In this document: positions 18,029-27,358 of the stretch, in pieces
How positions within the stretch are numbered: position 1 is the first letter of the stretch
Layout of the letters: every line of letters begins with the position of its first letter
Assembly (NCBI GenBank): GCA_963666275.2
Contig: CAXXOA010000001.1
Span: 2,528,001 to 2,592,000, forward strand
Length of the DNA: 64,000 nucleotides
Source: Oceanispirochaeta sp.
GTDB taxonomy: Bacteria; Spirochaetota; Spirochaetia; DSM-2461
Direction of reading: 5' to 3'
Translations under genes and position numbers: made by a program
The notes under the pieces: generated by a model
What the model saw: the letters and a program-made list of their open reading frames with translations, nothing else
Database searches by the model: none
Told to the model about the DNA's origin: nothing

Positions 18029-19906
18029 TTACTGGGGAACAGGAATTCCGAAGATCCGGATTTTCCGGTACAGGGTGTTCCGTCCTATTTTCAGCTGCCT
18101 GGCGGAACTGGCAATATTGAAGCGGTTCTCTTCCAGCACACGGCTGATATAGTGCTTCTCCACCTCTTCCAGGGCTTCTGCTCTGTCCGCAGGGATTTCC
18201 AGAGGACTGCCGGCGGGTACAGGCTCTGAAAAAAGAGCCGGGACCTTTTCGGAATTAGTCATAAGCTCCACAACGTTTTCAAGCTCCCGGATATTCCCCG
18301 GCCAGCTGTACCGGCAGAACCGGGCCATCTGTTCGGTCGTCACGGGAACTTCCCGTTTGTTGATTCTCCGGGAGATCTTTCTGCTGTAGTACTCGATGAG
18401 CAGAGGGATATCCTCGCTCCGTTCCCGAAGCGCCGGGAGCTTTATGGGAAGCACATTGAGCCTGTAGTAGAGATCGCTCCGGAAGAGGCCTTCCTGAACC
18501 TCCCGGGTCAGATCTTTGTTGGTGGCTGCGATGATCCTGACATCCACGGGAATGGGCTCATTGCCGCCCAGACGGGTGACAATGCTCTCTTCGATGACCC
18601 GGAGCAGTTTGACCTGCATGTCCAGGGGCATTTCACCGATCTCATCCAGAAAGAGGGTTCCACCGTCGGCAATTTCAAACTTGCCCGCCTGCCCCCCCTT
18701 CCGGGCTCCCGTAAAGGCTCCGTCGTTATACCCGAATAGCTCGGATTCGATGAGTGTGCCCGGGATGGCGCCGCAATTGATGACCACAAAGGCTTCGTCC
18801 CTGCGGGAACTGCAGTTATGGATGGACTGGGCAAAGATCTCCTTTCCCGTACCGCTCTCTCCCGAAATCAGCACCGTAGACTTGCTGTCGGCTACTTTGC
18901 GGGCAAAGTCCACAGCATCCAGAAAGGTTTCGGACTGACCTATCATCTTGTCAAAGGTGTAGATTGCCTTTCTGCCCAGGATTTCGTTGGCATGCTTACG
19001 CACATGTTTGACGTCTTTCACAACAATAATGACCGCAGAAATGGAGGAGTCCCCGGAAACCACAGGATAGGCGCTGATATTGAAGTAGATTTTGTTTTTT
19101 TTCGTATTCAGCAGCAGGTCCCGGTTCTGGAACTCCTCACCCGAGAGGGCTGCGGTTTTAATGTTTTCCCAGGAGGGGATCAGGGAGGAGATGGAACGGG
19201 AAAAGAGAGACTCCTCCTCTTCTCCCAGGAGTGAGAATGTCTGATCATTGGCAGTCAGGATCGTTCCGTCCAGGCTGCAGGAGAGGATCCCCGCCTGGAT
19301 GGAGTTCATCAGCTTCTCCGTAAACAGATTGTTCTGCTTCAGCAGAGTATTGTTCTGTTTGAGCCGGATAGTTTTTTCTATGGCGTTCACCGCGGCCACT
19401 ACCATTCCCAGGGTATGGGTATTCACATTTTCAATGGCCCCCGTCAGATCAAGGCAGCCGATGATCTCCCCTTCGGGACTCCGGATAGGAGCGGCCGAAC
19501 AGGTCCAGCGGTAGTATTCCTTGATAAAATGCTCTTTTCCGGATATCTGCACGGGCTGCTGTTCTTCCAGTGAAGTTCCCATGGCATTGGTCCCTATATT
19601 CTGCTCGTCCATAAAGGCACCGGGAATCATTTTCAGGGAGATTGCTTCCTCCAGGATGTTTTCATCACCGATGACCCGGAGAATGCAGCCGTCCCTGTCG
19701 GTGAGGATGGAGAAAAAACTGGTCCCTTTGAGAAAGTTGTAAAGATGGTGAATAAAAGGCTCGGCCACCTGGATGAGATCTTTTTCCCCCTCCAGACGTT
19801 GGTAGAGTTCGTTACCTTCCAGAATGCGGTTGCTGTAGACAAGATCCTTGTAGAGGCCGTACTTCTGACAGCGCGAAAAAGACTGGCGGACATACTCTTT
19901 GGTCAT
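18029..19906 (-). CDS. Sigma54-dependent enhancer-binding protein (GAF-PAS-AAA-Fis HTH; AcoR/AorR-like)
   Basis: GTNAMG and WTCSAAPI in the GAF domain; GESGTGKE, GAFTGA, FLDEIGE, WPGNIRELEN; HTH IGRNTLYRK. Confidence 0.95.
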   Translation of the reverse strand: MTKEYVRQSFSRCQKYGLYKDLVYSNRILEGNELYQRLEGEKDLIQVAEPFIHHLYNFLKGTSFFSILTDRDGCILRVIGDENILEEAISLKMIPGAFMDEQNIGTNAMGTSLEEQQPVQISGKEHFIKEYYRWTCSAAPIRSPEGEIIGCLDLTGAIENVNTHTLGMVVAAVNAIEKTIRLKQNNTLLKQNNLFTEKLMNSIQAGILSCSLDGTILTANDQTFSLLGEEEESLFSRSISSLIPSWENIKTAALSGEEFQNRDLLLNTKKNKIYFNISAYPVVSGDSSISAVIIVVKDVKHVRKHANEILGRKAIYTFDKMIGQSETFLDAVDFARKVADSKSTVLISGESGTGKEIFAQSIHNCSSRRDEAFVVINCGAIPGTLIESELFGYNDGAFTGARKGGQAGKFEIADGGTLFLDEIGEMPLDMQVKLLRVIEESIVTRLGGNEPIPVDVRIIAATNKDLTREVQEGLFRSDLYYRLNVLPIKLPALRERSEDIPLLIEYYSRKISRRINKREVPVTTEQMARFCRYSWPGNIRELENVVELMTNSEKVPALFSEPVPAGSPLEIPADRAEALEEVEKHYISRVLEENRFNIASSARQLKIGRNTLYRKIRIFGIPVPQ

Positions 19907-20096
19907 TTCCTTCTCCTGAAATGTTTTGAAATGATAATAAAAACAACAGTGAGGTTGATCCTGTGAAGTAGTGCTATTGTAGCCCTCTAAAGGGAAAACG
20001 GGCAAGGAAAAGTTGTTATCCCCGGGGATTCCTATGAGAGGGTATATTTTTATAAGAACCCTGAGGATGTACCACTCAGGGCCGTATTTATGAGAG

Positions 20097-21053
20097 TTAA
20101 AGCTTTTCTACAAAGTCCCGATCCAGACCTGTTATTTCTACAATCTGGTTCAGGGAGTAATTTTTCTTTTTCATGGACCTGGCAATTTCTGAATTCCGGA
20201 CATCCCGGCCTAATTCAAGTCCTTCTTCACGGCCTTCTTCCCGGCCTAATTCCCGGCCTAATTCGAGACCTTCCTCCCGGCCCTGTTCCCGGCCGATTTC
20301 AAGACCTTCTTCTCTGCCGTCACTTATGGCCTGGGCTTTATCCCGTTCATATTTCATCCGGGCTTCATAGCGTTCCAGGTATTCGTCATTGGCAGTGAAT
20401 TTGTTAAAGGTGTCATGTGCCTGCTGAAAAATCGGATCTTCTTTGATAATGATTTTCATATCCTCTTCCTCCCATACGCCCTCTTCTTTAAAGTACCAGG
20501 CCCATTGACTGAGTCGGTCAGCTGGGACCTTCTGATCTGTATGAGGTTCTATTTTCGGTAGTTCAATATAATGGATCTGCAGATGGTCTGTCAAAATGGA
20601 AACTGAGTCATCCAGATCGCTGATCATATGACAGCTGTGAAACTGATTCTCCTTTTTGTCCGGGAAAAGCGTGAAATTCAGAAGATTAATACAAATCACA
20701 GGATTCAGCTTTTTATACTGGTGCCCTTCCTGCAGCTGGGAAGAGTAGATCTTCGCCCAGTAGTAGAGACTCCTCTGGATGAATTCACTGTTTCCGATGC
20801 TCTGGATTTCAATGTCGTAGATTTTTCCCGACTGGTCTTTGGCTTTGACATCCAGGACACTCTCTTTTTCGCTGAAAACAGTTCTCAGATTGACAGGATT
20901 TTTTATTTCCAAACTTGTGACTGTTGAGAACCCCCGGTCCTCCAGGACGGCATTGATAAAATCCTTTAATAGAGGAAGATTTTCCTCCTGTCCCAGGAGA
21001 ACCCGTACCATGATATCCGATGTTGCTCTGATCCAGCTTGCCATTTCTTCCAT
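20097..21053 (-). CDS. Rpn-family (PD-(D/E)XK) recombination-promoting nuclease / putative toxin
   Basis: KESVLDVKAKD...DIEIQ...RSLYYWAKIY...IHYIELPK; GREEG repeats; C-terminal EIARSM...IVEITGL. Confidence 0.92.
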   Translation of the reverse strand: MEEMASWIRATSDIMVRVLLGQEENLPLLKDFINAVLEDRGFSTVTSLEIKNPVNLRTVFSEKESVLDVKAKDQSGKIYDIEIQSIGNSEFIQRSLYYWAKIYSSQLQEGHQYKKLNPVICINLLNFTLFPDKKENQFHSCHMISDLDDSVSILTDHLQIHYIELPKIEPHTDQKVPADRLSQWAWYFKEEGVWEEEDMKIIIKEDPIFQQAHDTFNKFTANDEYLERYEARMKYERDKAQAISDGREEGLEIGREQGREEGLELGRELGREEGREEGLELGRDVRNSEIARSMKKKNYSLNQIVEITGLDRDFVEKL

Positions 21054-21346
21054 TATAAACCTCCCTTTCAGAACTAACAACGCCTGAAACAGGAGGAGTG
21101 ATTCAATTTCTGCTAAAATAATTCATGGGAAACGGATTGGACTTTGAGGGAATTGATACAGAAGTCAGCCTGTCAGGAGTGGTTATGGATGTACTCTCTC
21201 AGGGCCATATTCATAAGGGTCTGATAAGGAGTTTTCTGTTCTCCCGCCAGTTTTTTGAAATAGTGTTTTTTATTATATTTTTGAATCACCACACCCCTTT
21301 CACTTGTTGATGAGAGTAAACAGAGATAAAATTAAAGGGAGAGAAT

Positions 21347-21685
21347 ATGGGGTTAAAGGCTGTGAATGAAGAGCAGAAAGCAATCATTGAATATATCAAA
21401 GAGCATTTTGTAGGCTGGCTGGAAGAGAAGAATATCATTCCCTTTCCCCAGCCATCCGGCTCTTTTGATAAAGAACTGCTGGAACGAATGGTTCGGGTTG
21501 AAGAGGAAATCAAACGGCAGAATGAGAAATTTGATCATATGAAAGATAAATTCGATTATTTAAATGATAAGTTTGATTTCATGATGGCTCAGACAGAAAA
21601 GCGCTTTAATAGACAGTTTCTTTTTCAACTGGCGACTTTTTCTGCGATTGTAGGAAGTGCGGTAGCCATACTTCTGCAAGGATAG
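21347..21685 (+). CDS. Coiled-coil protein with C-terminal anchor (Bdr/DUF1640-like), copy 2
   Basis: Shares IEYIKEHFVGWLEEKN, ELLERMVRVEEE-like and QLATF.AIVGSA.AILLQG segments with 14300..14686 but has fewer heptads. Confidence 0.8.
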   Translation: MGLKAVNEEQKAIIEYIKEHFVGWLEEKNIIPFPQPSGSFDKELLERMVRVEEEIKRQNEKFDHMKDKFDYLNDKFDFMMAQTEKRFNRQFLFQLATFSAIVGSAVAILLQG

Positions 21686-21703
21686 GATTTTAACCCGGTT
21701 CTA

Positions 21704-21947
21704 TTAGAGTTTCCTGAGGAACTCATTGAGTATTTTTTCCGTTATCTCTGGATTTATCTGATGAATCTTCTCTGCAATGCCTTTCGCTCTACTTTTCTTA
21801 ATTTGATCACTTTCTACAAGAAATAAGATCATTTTCAGCCCCCAAATGGGCTCTAATCTCCGGAGCTGGCACTCTCTTCGTAATGCGTTGTCGTTGGTCA
21901 AACATACTGCTGAATACTGTTGTGCATGCATCTTTATGTTTCTTCAT
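21704..21947 (-). pseudogene. Internally deleted PIN-domain (DUF3368-like) nuclease gene
   Basis: Only the C-terminal half (CLTNDNALRREC...IWGLKMILFLV) remains; a start ATGAAGAAACAT overlapping the upstream gene end is in a different frame. Confidence 0.6.
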
Positions 21948-23052
21948 CCAGCTCCAGTTCTCTCCAGGCGACAATGAGCTTCCGCATTTCAGAAACGGAC
22001 TTCTCAAGGATCTCTCCTGCTTTGGTTATGGAAATGCGATCAGAAAAATAGGCTTTTCGGACAAGTCCGGCGAAATGGTCTTCCAACAAATCATAACTGG
22101 TCAGGGATTCCGGTTCGTAATAATTTTTCAGATCATGGTGATATTTTTCTTTGTATGCCATACTGAATTTCCTATAAATAGTCCCGGGATCATAGTGAGG
22201 AAAGATCTGGCTGAGCCGTATGAGTACAGTTTTATAGCTGACCCGGTACATCTTCTTTATTTTCAGTACTCTATCCACCCAGTGGAGTCCTTCGGCTTCA
22301 TTCCACTCTTTCTTCAAGGCTACAGTGGGCAGCAAGAACTCTCCAGCAAAGCGGTCGGCTTCCTTTTCCTGTTCATCACTCCCCTCCTCTATAGACTCTA
22401 TACTGTCATAACTGCCTGGGTGCATCAAAAGATGCCCTAATTCATGAGCAATGGTAAAAATTCTCCGTTCTATAGAGACGTCTTTTTCTGCATTTATAAC
22501 GATCGCCGGTCCCAGGTCTCTATCTGATACAGACAGGCCAAAGGTCTTTTTAAAGCCGAAGTGGTGAAGATAGAGCTTGATTCCGGCTTTTTCAATTTCT
22601 GCAGGCAGATCATATAAGGGTTGATCTTTCAAGAGTCCTAATTTCTTTCTGACTTCCCGGGCGGTCTCTTCGGGAGTAGTCATTTCTAAATTCTCAAAAA
22701 GGTCATTCCTTTTCTCATCCAGCATTTTTTCCAGGTCATGATAATTTTTCAGCCACTGGGCAGTTTTATAGAGCATCTGATCCCGTTCCGCTTTTTCCCG
22801 GGCTGAGAGGGTTTTATTAGTTCTGAAGCGCAGGCTTTTCAGTTTGGGAGCATCTGAGAGTATTTCATTGAGGCTGACTCCAAGGGCATTGCCGAACTTT
22901 ATGAGGGTGGAAGATTGGGGTTCGGAGCGTCCGTTTAATATGTTGGAAATGGTTGCGGTTCCGACTTCCATTTCTTTTGCCAGTTTGGCTATGGTGTAGC
23001 CTTTCAGTTTCATGAGGCGTCTGAGGTTGGGGCCGATATCCTGAATTGACAT
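21934..23052 (-). CDS. XRE HTH fused to an ImmA/IrrE (peptidase M78) domain
   Basis: N-terminal HTH (TIAKLAKEMEVGTATISNILNG); RIFTIAHELGH HExxH; EKEADRFAGEFLLP. Confidence 0.93.
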   Translation of the reverse strand: MSIQDIGPNLRRLMKLKGYTIAKLAKEMEVGTATISNILNGRSEPQSSTLIKFGNALGVSLNEILSDAPKLKSLRFRTNKTLSAREKAERDQMLYKTAQWLKNYHDLEKMLDEKRNDLFENLEMTTPEETAREVRKKLGLLKDQPLYDLPAEIEKAGIKLYLHHFGFKKTFGLSVSDRDLGPAIVINAEKDVSIERRIFTIAHELGHLLMHPGSYDSIESIEEGSDEQEKEADRFAGEFLLPTVALKKEWNEAEGLHWVDRVLKIKKMYRVSYKTVLIRLSQIFPHYDPGTIYRKFSMAYKEKYHHDLKNYYEPESLTSYDLLEDHFAGLVRKAYFSDRISITKAGEILEKSVSEMRKLIVAWRELELDEET

Positions 23053-23369
23053 GGGAATCTCCTTATATATTATATTATAAGGAACTATTTGATAATTCGC
23101 AATTATTGTTTTTAAATAGTTTAGTATCTATAATCAGGTTTTTTAAAATTTAAAATTTCATGTTAAAAGAGCAATTTATTTGGAAGTCAACAACAGCGCA
23201 TAAAAATGATTTAAAACAGTAAGAATTTAAAGTAGATTTTTAATGAGACCAGTCATATAAATGACGAATTTGTTCACATAAAACTGATACCATAGACAAT
23301 AGAACCGTAGTCGTGATGAAATTTTATGGATTATAGGAACTGTAAAATAGACGGTTGCCAATAAGCCCT

Positions 23370-25826
23370 TTATGAAGCGGCTGTATCTGCATACAAATAT
23401 TCCTGGAACCCGATAAACGTCTCCCGGATAGATTGTATATTCCCCAATTTTGCTTTGGCATCGGCAATAGCCTTATATTTCAAGATTAAAAGGCTGGACA
23501 ATTTGTCATCGTCCAATTCTGAAACACCTTCCGACACATATTGGGACAAAACAAAATTCAAAAAATCCTGCTGGTTCTTATTGTATGAGTCAAAGTGGAT
23601 CTCCGCCTGTTCTGCTCGGTGCAATCTCGGAACCATATTTTTATGATAGGCAACATAATTAAGCACATCAAACAGATCGCTATCTTCCCCGTGAACGAGT
23701 TTACTCAATTCTGTTAATTGTTCTTGAGTGTACCCTCTCTCACAAAGCTCTTCTAACAATCGTCTTCTTGTAGAAGGCAAACTCCACATTTTTCGCAGTT
23801 CTTCTTCGCTGGAAAAAAATGATGGCAAATCGCCAAATAACTGCCTTATAAATTCTTCAGCTGAAATGGGTTTTCCTGTAGGGCTATAGAAACTCGTTTT
23901 CATCATTTTATCCAGTTCACGGACTTTATTATCAGAAAGTTTTACCCGTATCATTTGCCGTGACTGATTGTCACAAACACAAGGATCATTTCCACAAACA
24001 GGACATATTTGAGGTTCCGGTTTTTCACAGATGCAAGGCCGCTTGCCGCAAATGTTACATACCTTTGGAGGGCATATACAAGGATATTGGCCGCATCTTT
24101 TACAGATTTCCGGTTTAAAAGGTTCCCCATCCCATTCGGGGTCCTGAAAATGTTTACTGGCTTTAACAAAATCATAGATGGTAAAATAATCTTTTCCATC
24201 GTATAAACGAGTTCCCCGTCCTACAATCTGTTTAAACTCAACCATAGAGTTAACGGAACGAAGCAAAATAATATTCCGAATTTCAGGAGCATCCACTCCA
24301 GTACTCAATTTTTGTGATGTAGTGAGAACTGTGGGAATACTCTTTTCATTATCCTGAAAATCCCGTAAATGCTGCTCTCCCATCTTCCCATCATGGGCTG
24401 TAACCCGATGGCAGTAATTGGGATTACGGCTTACAGCAAACTGATTAATAAGATCCCGAATGGCTGCTGCATGAATTTGGGTAGCACAAAAAACAAGGGA
24501 CTTTTGGTTCTGATTGATCTCGTCCATAAAGGTTTTTACCCGAAACTTCTCAATATCCATAATTTCTATAATGCGATTTTGTTCATCCTGGGTGTATTCC
24601 CGGCCGACTTCGATTTCACCTTCCAGAACTGTATCATCATCGGTATAGGTATAACTGTCTCCTGTTGTGGATATCTCTTTAACCTTAAAAGGTGTTAAGA
24701 ATCCATCATTAATCCCTTCTTTCAGGGAGTAGATATAAACAGGCTTTCCAAAATACTCATAAGTATCTTTGTTCACATCCCGTTTGGGAGTTGCGGTTAA
24801 ACCAAGCTGCACGGCAGGACTAAAGTATTCCAGAATAGAACGCCAGGAACTCTCATCATTGGCGCCGCCACGGTGGCATTCGTCTATAATAATAAAATCA
24901 AAATAATCTTTGGGGTACTGTCCAAAATTGAATTGATCCGGGCCGTATTTCTGTTTCGGCTCGGCTGCCATGTCTTCAATCGTGTTATTCTGCCGAGATT
25001 CGGTCATAAAAGTCTGAAAAATTGTAAAGAATATGCTGCCGTTCTTAGGAACTTTCCCTTTTTTCCGGATTTCATCGGAAGCAATACGCACCAGAGCATC
25101 TTCCTCAAAGGCGTTAAAAGCATTAAATGCCTGATCGGCTAATATATTCCGGTCTGCTAAAAATAGAATTCGAGGGCTACGAAGCCCGTCTCTTCTCAGG
25201 TTCCATTTAGCATGAAACAACTTCCAGGCAATTTGAAAGGCTATGGCAGTTTTACCGGTTCCTGTTGCCAGGGTGAGAAGGATTCGGTCTTCTCCATCGG
25301 CAACAGCTTCCAAAACCTTGGCAACAGCATTTTCCTGATAGTATCTGGGCTGCCAGGTTCCGCTCCGGTCTTCAAAAGGAACAGCAAAGAGGCGTTCCCT
25401 CCAACTGGCTTTTTCTGTCTGTATAGCATTGATAGGAGCAGGAAACGTCATTTCCCAAAGTTCATCAGGGGTGGGGTATTTTTCAATATCCCCTTCGGTT
25501 CCCTGATCCATGTCGATACCATAGATCCTTAAACCATTCGTCGAATAGGTATAGCGGATATGCAAGCGTTCAGCGTAATCTTTTGCCTGGCCTACACCAT
25601 CGGTATAGTAAATGTCCCGGGCCTTGGCCTCGACCACAGCCAAGTTGCGGTTTTTGTACTGAAGCACATAGTCGGCTTTTAAAGGCTTGGCTCTCCGGCC
25701 CTGCCCTAAAATCCGTCCTTGAGAAATAGGAAATTGCTTACGGACACGGCTGCCTTCTACCTCTCCCCAACCGGCTTTTTTTAAAGCAGGATCTATGTAT
25801 TCAAACTCTGTTTGTGCTTCATTCAT
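23370..25826 (-). CDS. hsdR: Type I restriction enzyme R subunit (EcoAI/FtnUII-like)
   Basis: ADYVL...VVEAK nuclease motif; ATGTGKT, DECH, LTATP, QIVGRGTR; EcoEI_R_C-like tail. Confidence 0.95.
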   Translation of the reverse strand: MNEAQTEFEYIDPALKKAGWGEVEGSRVRKQFPISQGRILGQGRRAKPLKADYVLQYKNRNLAVVEAKARDIYYTDGVGQAKDYAERLHIRYTYSTNGLRIYGIDMDQGTEGDIEKYPTPDELWEMTFPAPINAIQTEKASWRERLFAVPFEDRSGTWQPRYYQENAVAKVLEAVADGEDRILLTLATGTGKTAIAFQIAWKLFHAKWNLRRDGLRSPRILFLADRNILADQAFNAFNAFEEDALVRIASDEIRKKGKVPKNGSIFFTIFQTFMTESRQNNTIEDMAAEPKQKYGPDQFNFGQYPKDYFDFIIIDECHRGGANDESSWRSILEYFSPAVQLGLTATPKRDVNKDTYEYFGKPVYIYSLKEGINDGFLTPFKVKEISTTGDSYTYTDDDTVLEGEIEVGREYTQDEQNRIIEIMDIEKFRVKTFMDEINQNQKSLVFCATQIHAAAIRDLINQFAVSRNPNYCHRVTAHDGKMGEQHLRDFQDNEKSIPTVLTTSQKLSTGVDAPEIRNIILLRSVNSMVEFKQIVGRGTRLYDGKDYFTIYDFVKASKHFQDPEWDGEPFKPEICKRCGQYPCICPPKVCNICGKRPCICEKPEPQICPVCGNDPCVCDNQSRQMIRVKLSDNKVRELDKMMKTSFYSPTGKPISAEEFIRQLFGDLPSFFSSEEELRKMWSLPSTRRRLLEELCERGYTQEQLTELSKLVHGEDSDLFDVLNYVAYHKNMVPRLHRAEQAEIHFDSYNKNQQDFLNFVLSQYVSEGVSELDDDKLSSLLILKYKAIADAKAKLGNIQSIRETFIGFQEYLYADTAAS

Positions 25827-25855
25827 TTGATTACTCTTTTCTCTCGTATCTTGTT

Positions 25856-27358
25856 TTAAAGGACAACCCAATGTCCTCCCCTATCCGGGCCGACACGTTT
25901 GATCAGCCCCTTCTTTTTTAGATTATTCAGATGATATTTCACACCGTCTTCCGTTATGGAACCAAGGAGAACAGCTATTTCTTTTCTACTGACGGTGGGT
26001 TTTTCTTTTAAAATATCCAGGATTTTCTGGGTAGTGTCTTTCTGGGTAGTGTCTTTCTGGGTAGTGTCTTTCTGGGTAGTGTCTTTCTGGGTAGTGTCTT
26101 TCTGGGTAGTGTCTTTCTGGGTAGTGTCTTTCTGGGTAGTGTCTTTCTGGGTAGTCTTCTTAGGCTCTTTTATTCCGCTTACTTCAGATGGTTTGAAACA
26201 GATTTCCGATTTGAAGATATCCTCCTCAACCAATCGTGGCGGTGTGGAAGAGTAGAACTTGCCGTATTTCACAATATTGCGAACGCCTGATCCGAGTTCT
26301 TCTGCCAGGCCGATTTCTTTGAATACCCGTGCGATAGAGGGATTCTTTGGAAAAGGAGAAAAATTCTCCGGATCTATTAAGCCATGACCATGGGGTTTGT
26401 TTCCGTTTTCAGTCAACAACCGGTCTTTTTCAATGATCATTTTGGCGGGATAGGCATTGATGTATTCCCTGTGAATCAGAAGATTAACGGCAACCTCCCG
26501 TAATATGACATCTCTAACGCTTATTCTTTGAGATCCTTCAAGATAGAATGGGTCGGGAAGGTGTTTCTGCCCGAATTGGATGATCCGGTCGTAACTATCC
26601 AGCAGGTTCGTCCGCACATCATCCCTATCATCATAGCGGTCTAAATTTTTAATCCTTAATATCAGATCAGTTTTATGATGCGGAAGGGCTGATAATATGG
26701 TCTCATCTTTTCCGAATAGGAGGATTCCGGCTAAGGTAATCCCCTCTTCCCCTGAGTTAAAATCTCTGTTGTATAACCGGGAGCTTTTTAGAAGCTCCAG
26801 AGGTGATAGATTTTTCCAGGGATGGTCGGGACGTTGAATTATTACAGATTTTTGCACCTTCTGAATCAAAGTTAAATCCAGGTCGCTGATTTCACAATAC
26901 GGAAAAATCCGATTTTCCGTATAGAAGGTCTGCTTTTTTATATATAAGGCTGTAACCAGGGTGTTGTTGCGGGTTATGTCAAAATCGCCGTCTTCATTCC
27001 GGTCGAAAATTTTCTGACCGCATTTATGAACCTGGGAGCTTTCGGGTATGTATATGTACAGTAATAATTTGCCATCAATTTCCACTTGTTCCATGGATAG
27101 ATAAACAGAAGGGGATATTTTAGCCGGGTTGTTTACGGCTGTGGTAAAGTCTTTTTTTATCTGCTCGATACAACCGGGGTCTATTCCGGTGATGGTTCCG
27201 TTGTCCTTAACGCCGAGAAGGAGTTCTCCACCATTTCTGTTGAGAAAAGAGCATACGGTTTCGTAGACGTCTTTGTTGAGGGTTGTGCGGCTTTCTTTGA
27301 ATTCTCTGGTGATGCTTTCGCCGGCGGTTATGGCGGTTTTGATTTTATTTATGATCAT
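25856..27358 (-). CDS. AlbA_2/Schlafen - RecG_C (HATPase_c_4) - HTH protein
   Basis: GESITREFKE, CSFLNRNGGELLLGVKDNG, REVAVNLLIHREY, NPSIARVF...AEELGSG, C-terminal wHTH RVGPDRGGHW. Confidence 0.9.
   Translation of the reverse strand: MIINKIKTAITAGESITREFKESRTTLNKDVYETVCSFLNRNGGELLLGVKDNGTITGIDPGCIEQIKKDFTTAVNNPAKISPSVYLSMEQVEIDGKLLLYIYIPESSQVHKCGQKIFDRNEDGDFDITRNNTLVTALYIKKQTFYTENRIFPYCEISDLDLTLIQKVQKSVIIQRPDHPWKNLSPLELLKSSRLYNRDFNSGEEGITLAGILLFGKDETILSALPHHKTDLILRIKNLDRYDDRDDVRTNLLDSYDRIIQFGQKHLPDPFYLEGSQRISVRDVILREVAVNLLIHREYINAYPAKMIIEKDRLLTENGNKPHGHGLIDPENFSPFPKNPSIARVFKEIGLAEELGSGVRNIVKYGKFYSSTPPRLVEEDIFKSEICFKPSEVSGIKEPKKTTQKDTTQKDTTQKDTTQKDTTQKDTTQKDTTQKDTTQKDTTQKILDILKEKPTVSRKEIAVLLGSITEDGVKYHLNNLKKKGLIKRVGPDRGGHWVVL
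26024..26155. repeat. 15-bp perfect tandem repeat, ~8.8 copies, coding (TTQKD)n
   Basis: Unit TTTCTGGGTAGTGTC: 8 full copies plus 12 nt. Confidence 0.98.

Noticed and set aside
20097..21053. IS transposase (family is often labelled putative transposase)
   Set aside because: No terminal inverted repeats or target duplication seen; Rpn proteins are not shown to transpose
26024..26155. CRISPR or iteron array
   Set aside because: Contiguous 15-bp in-frame coding repeat without spacers
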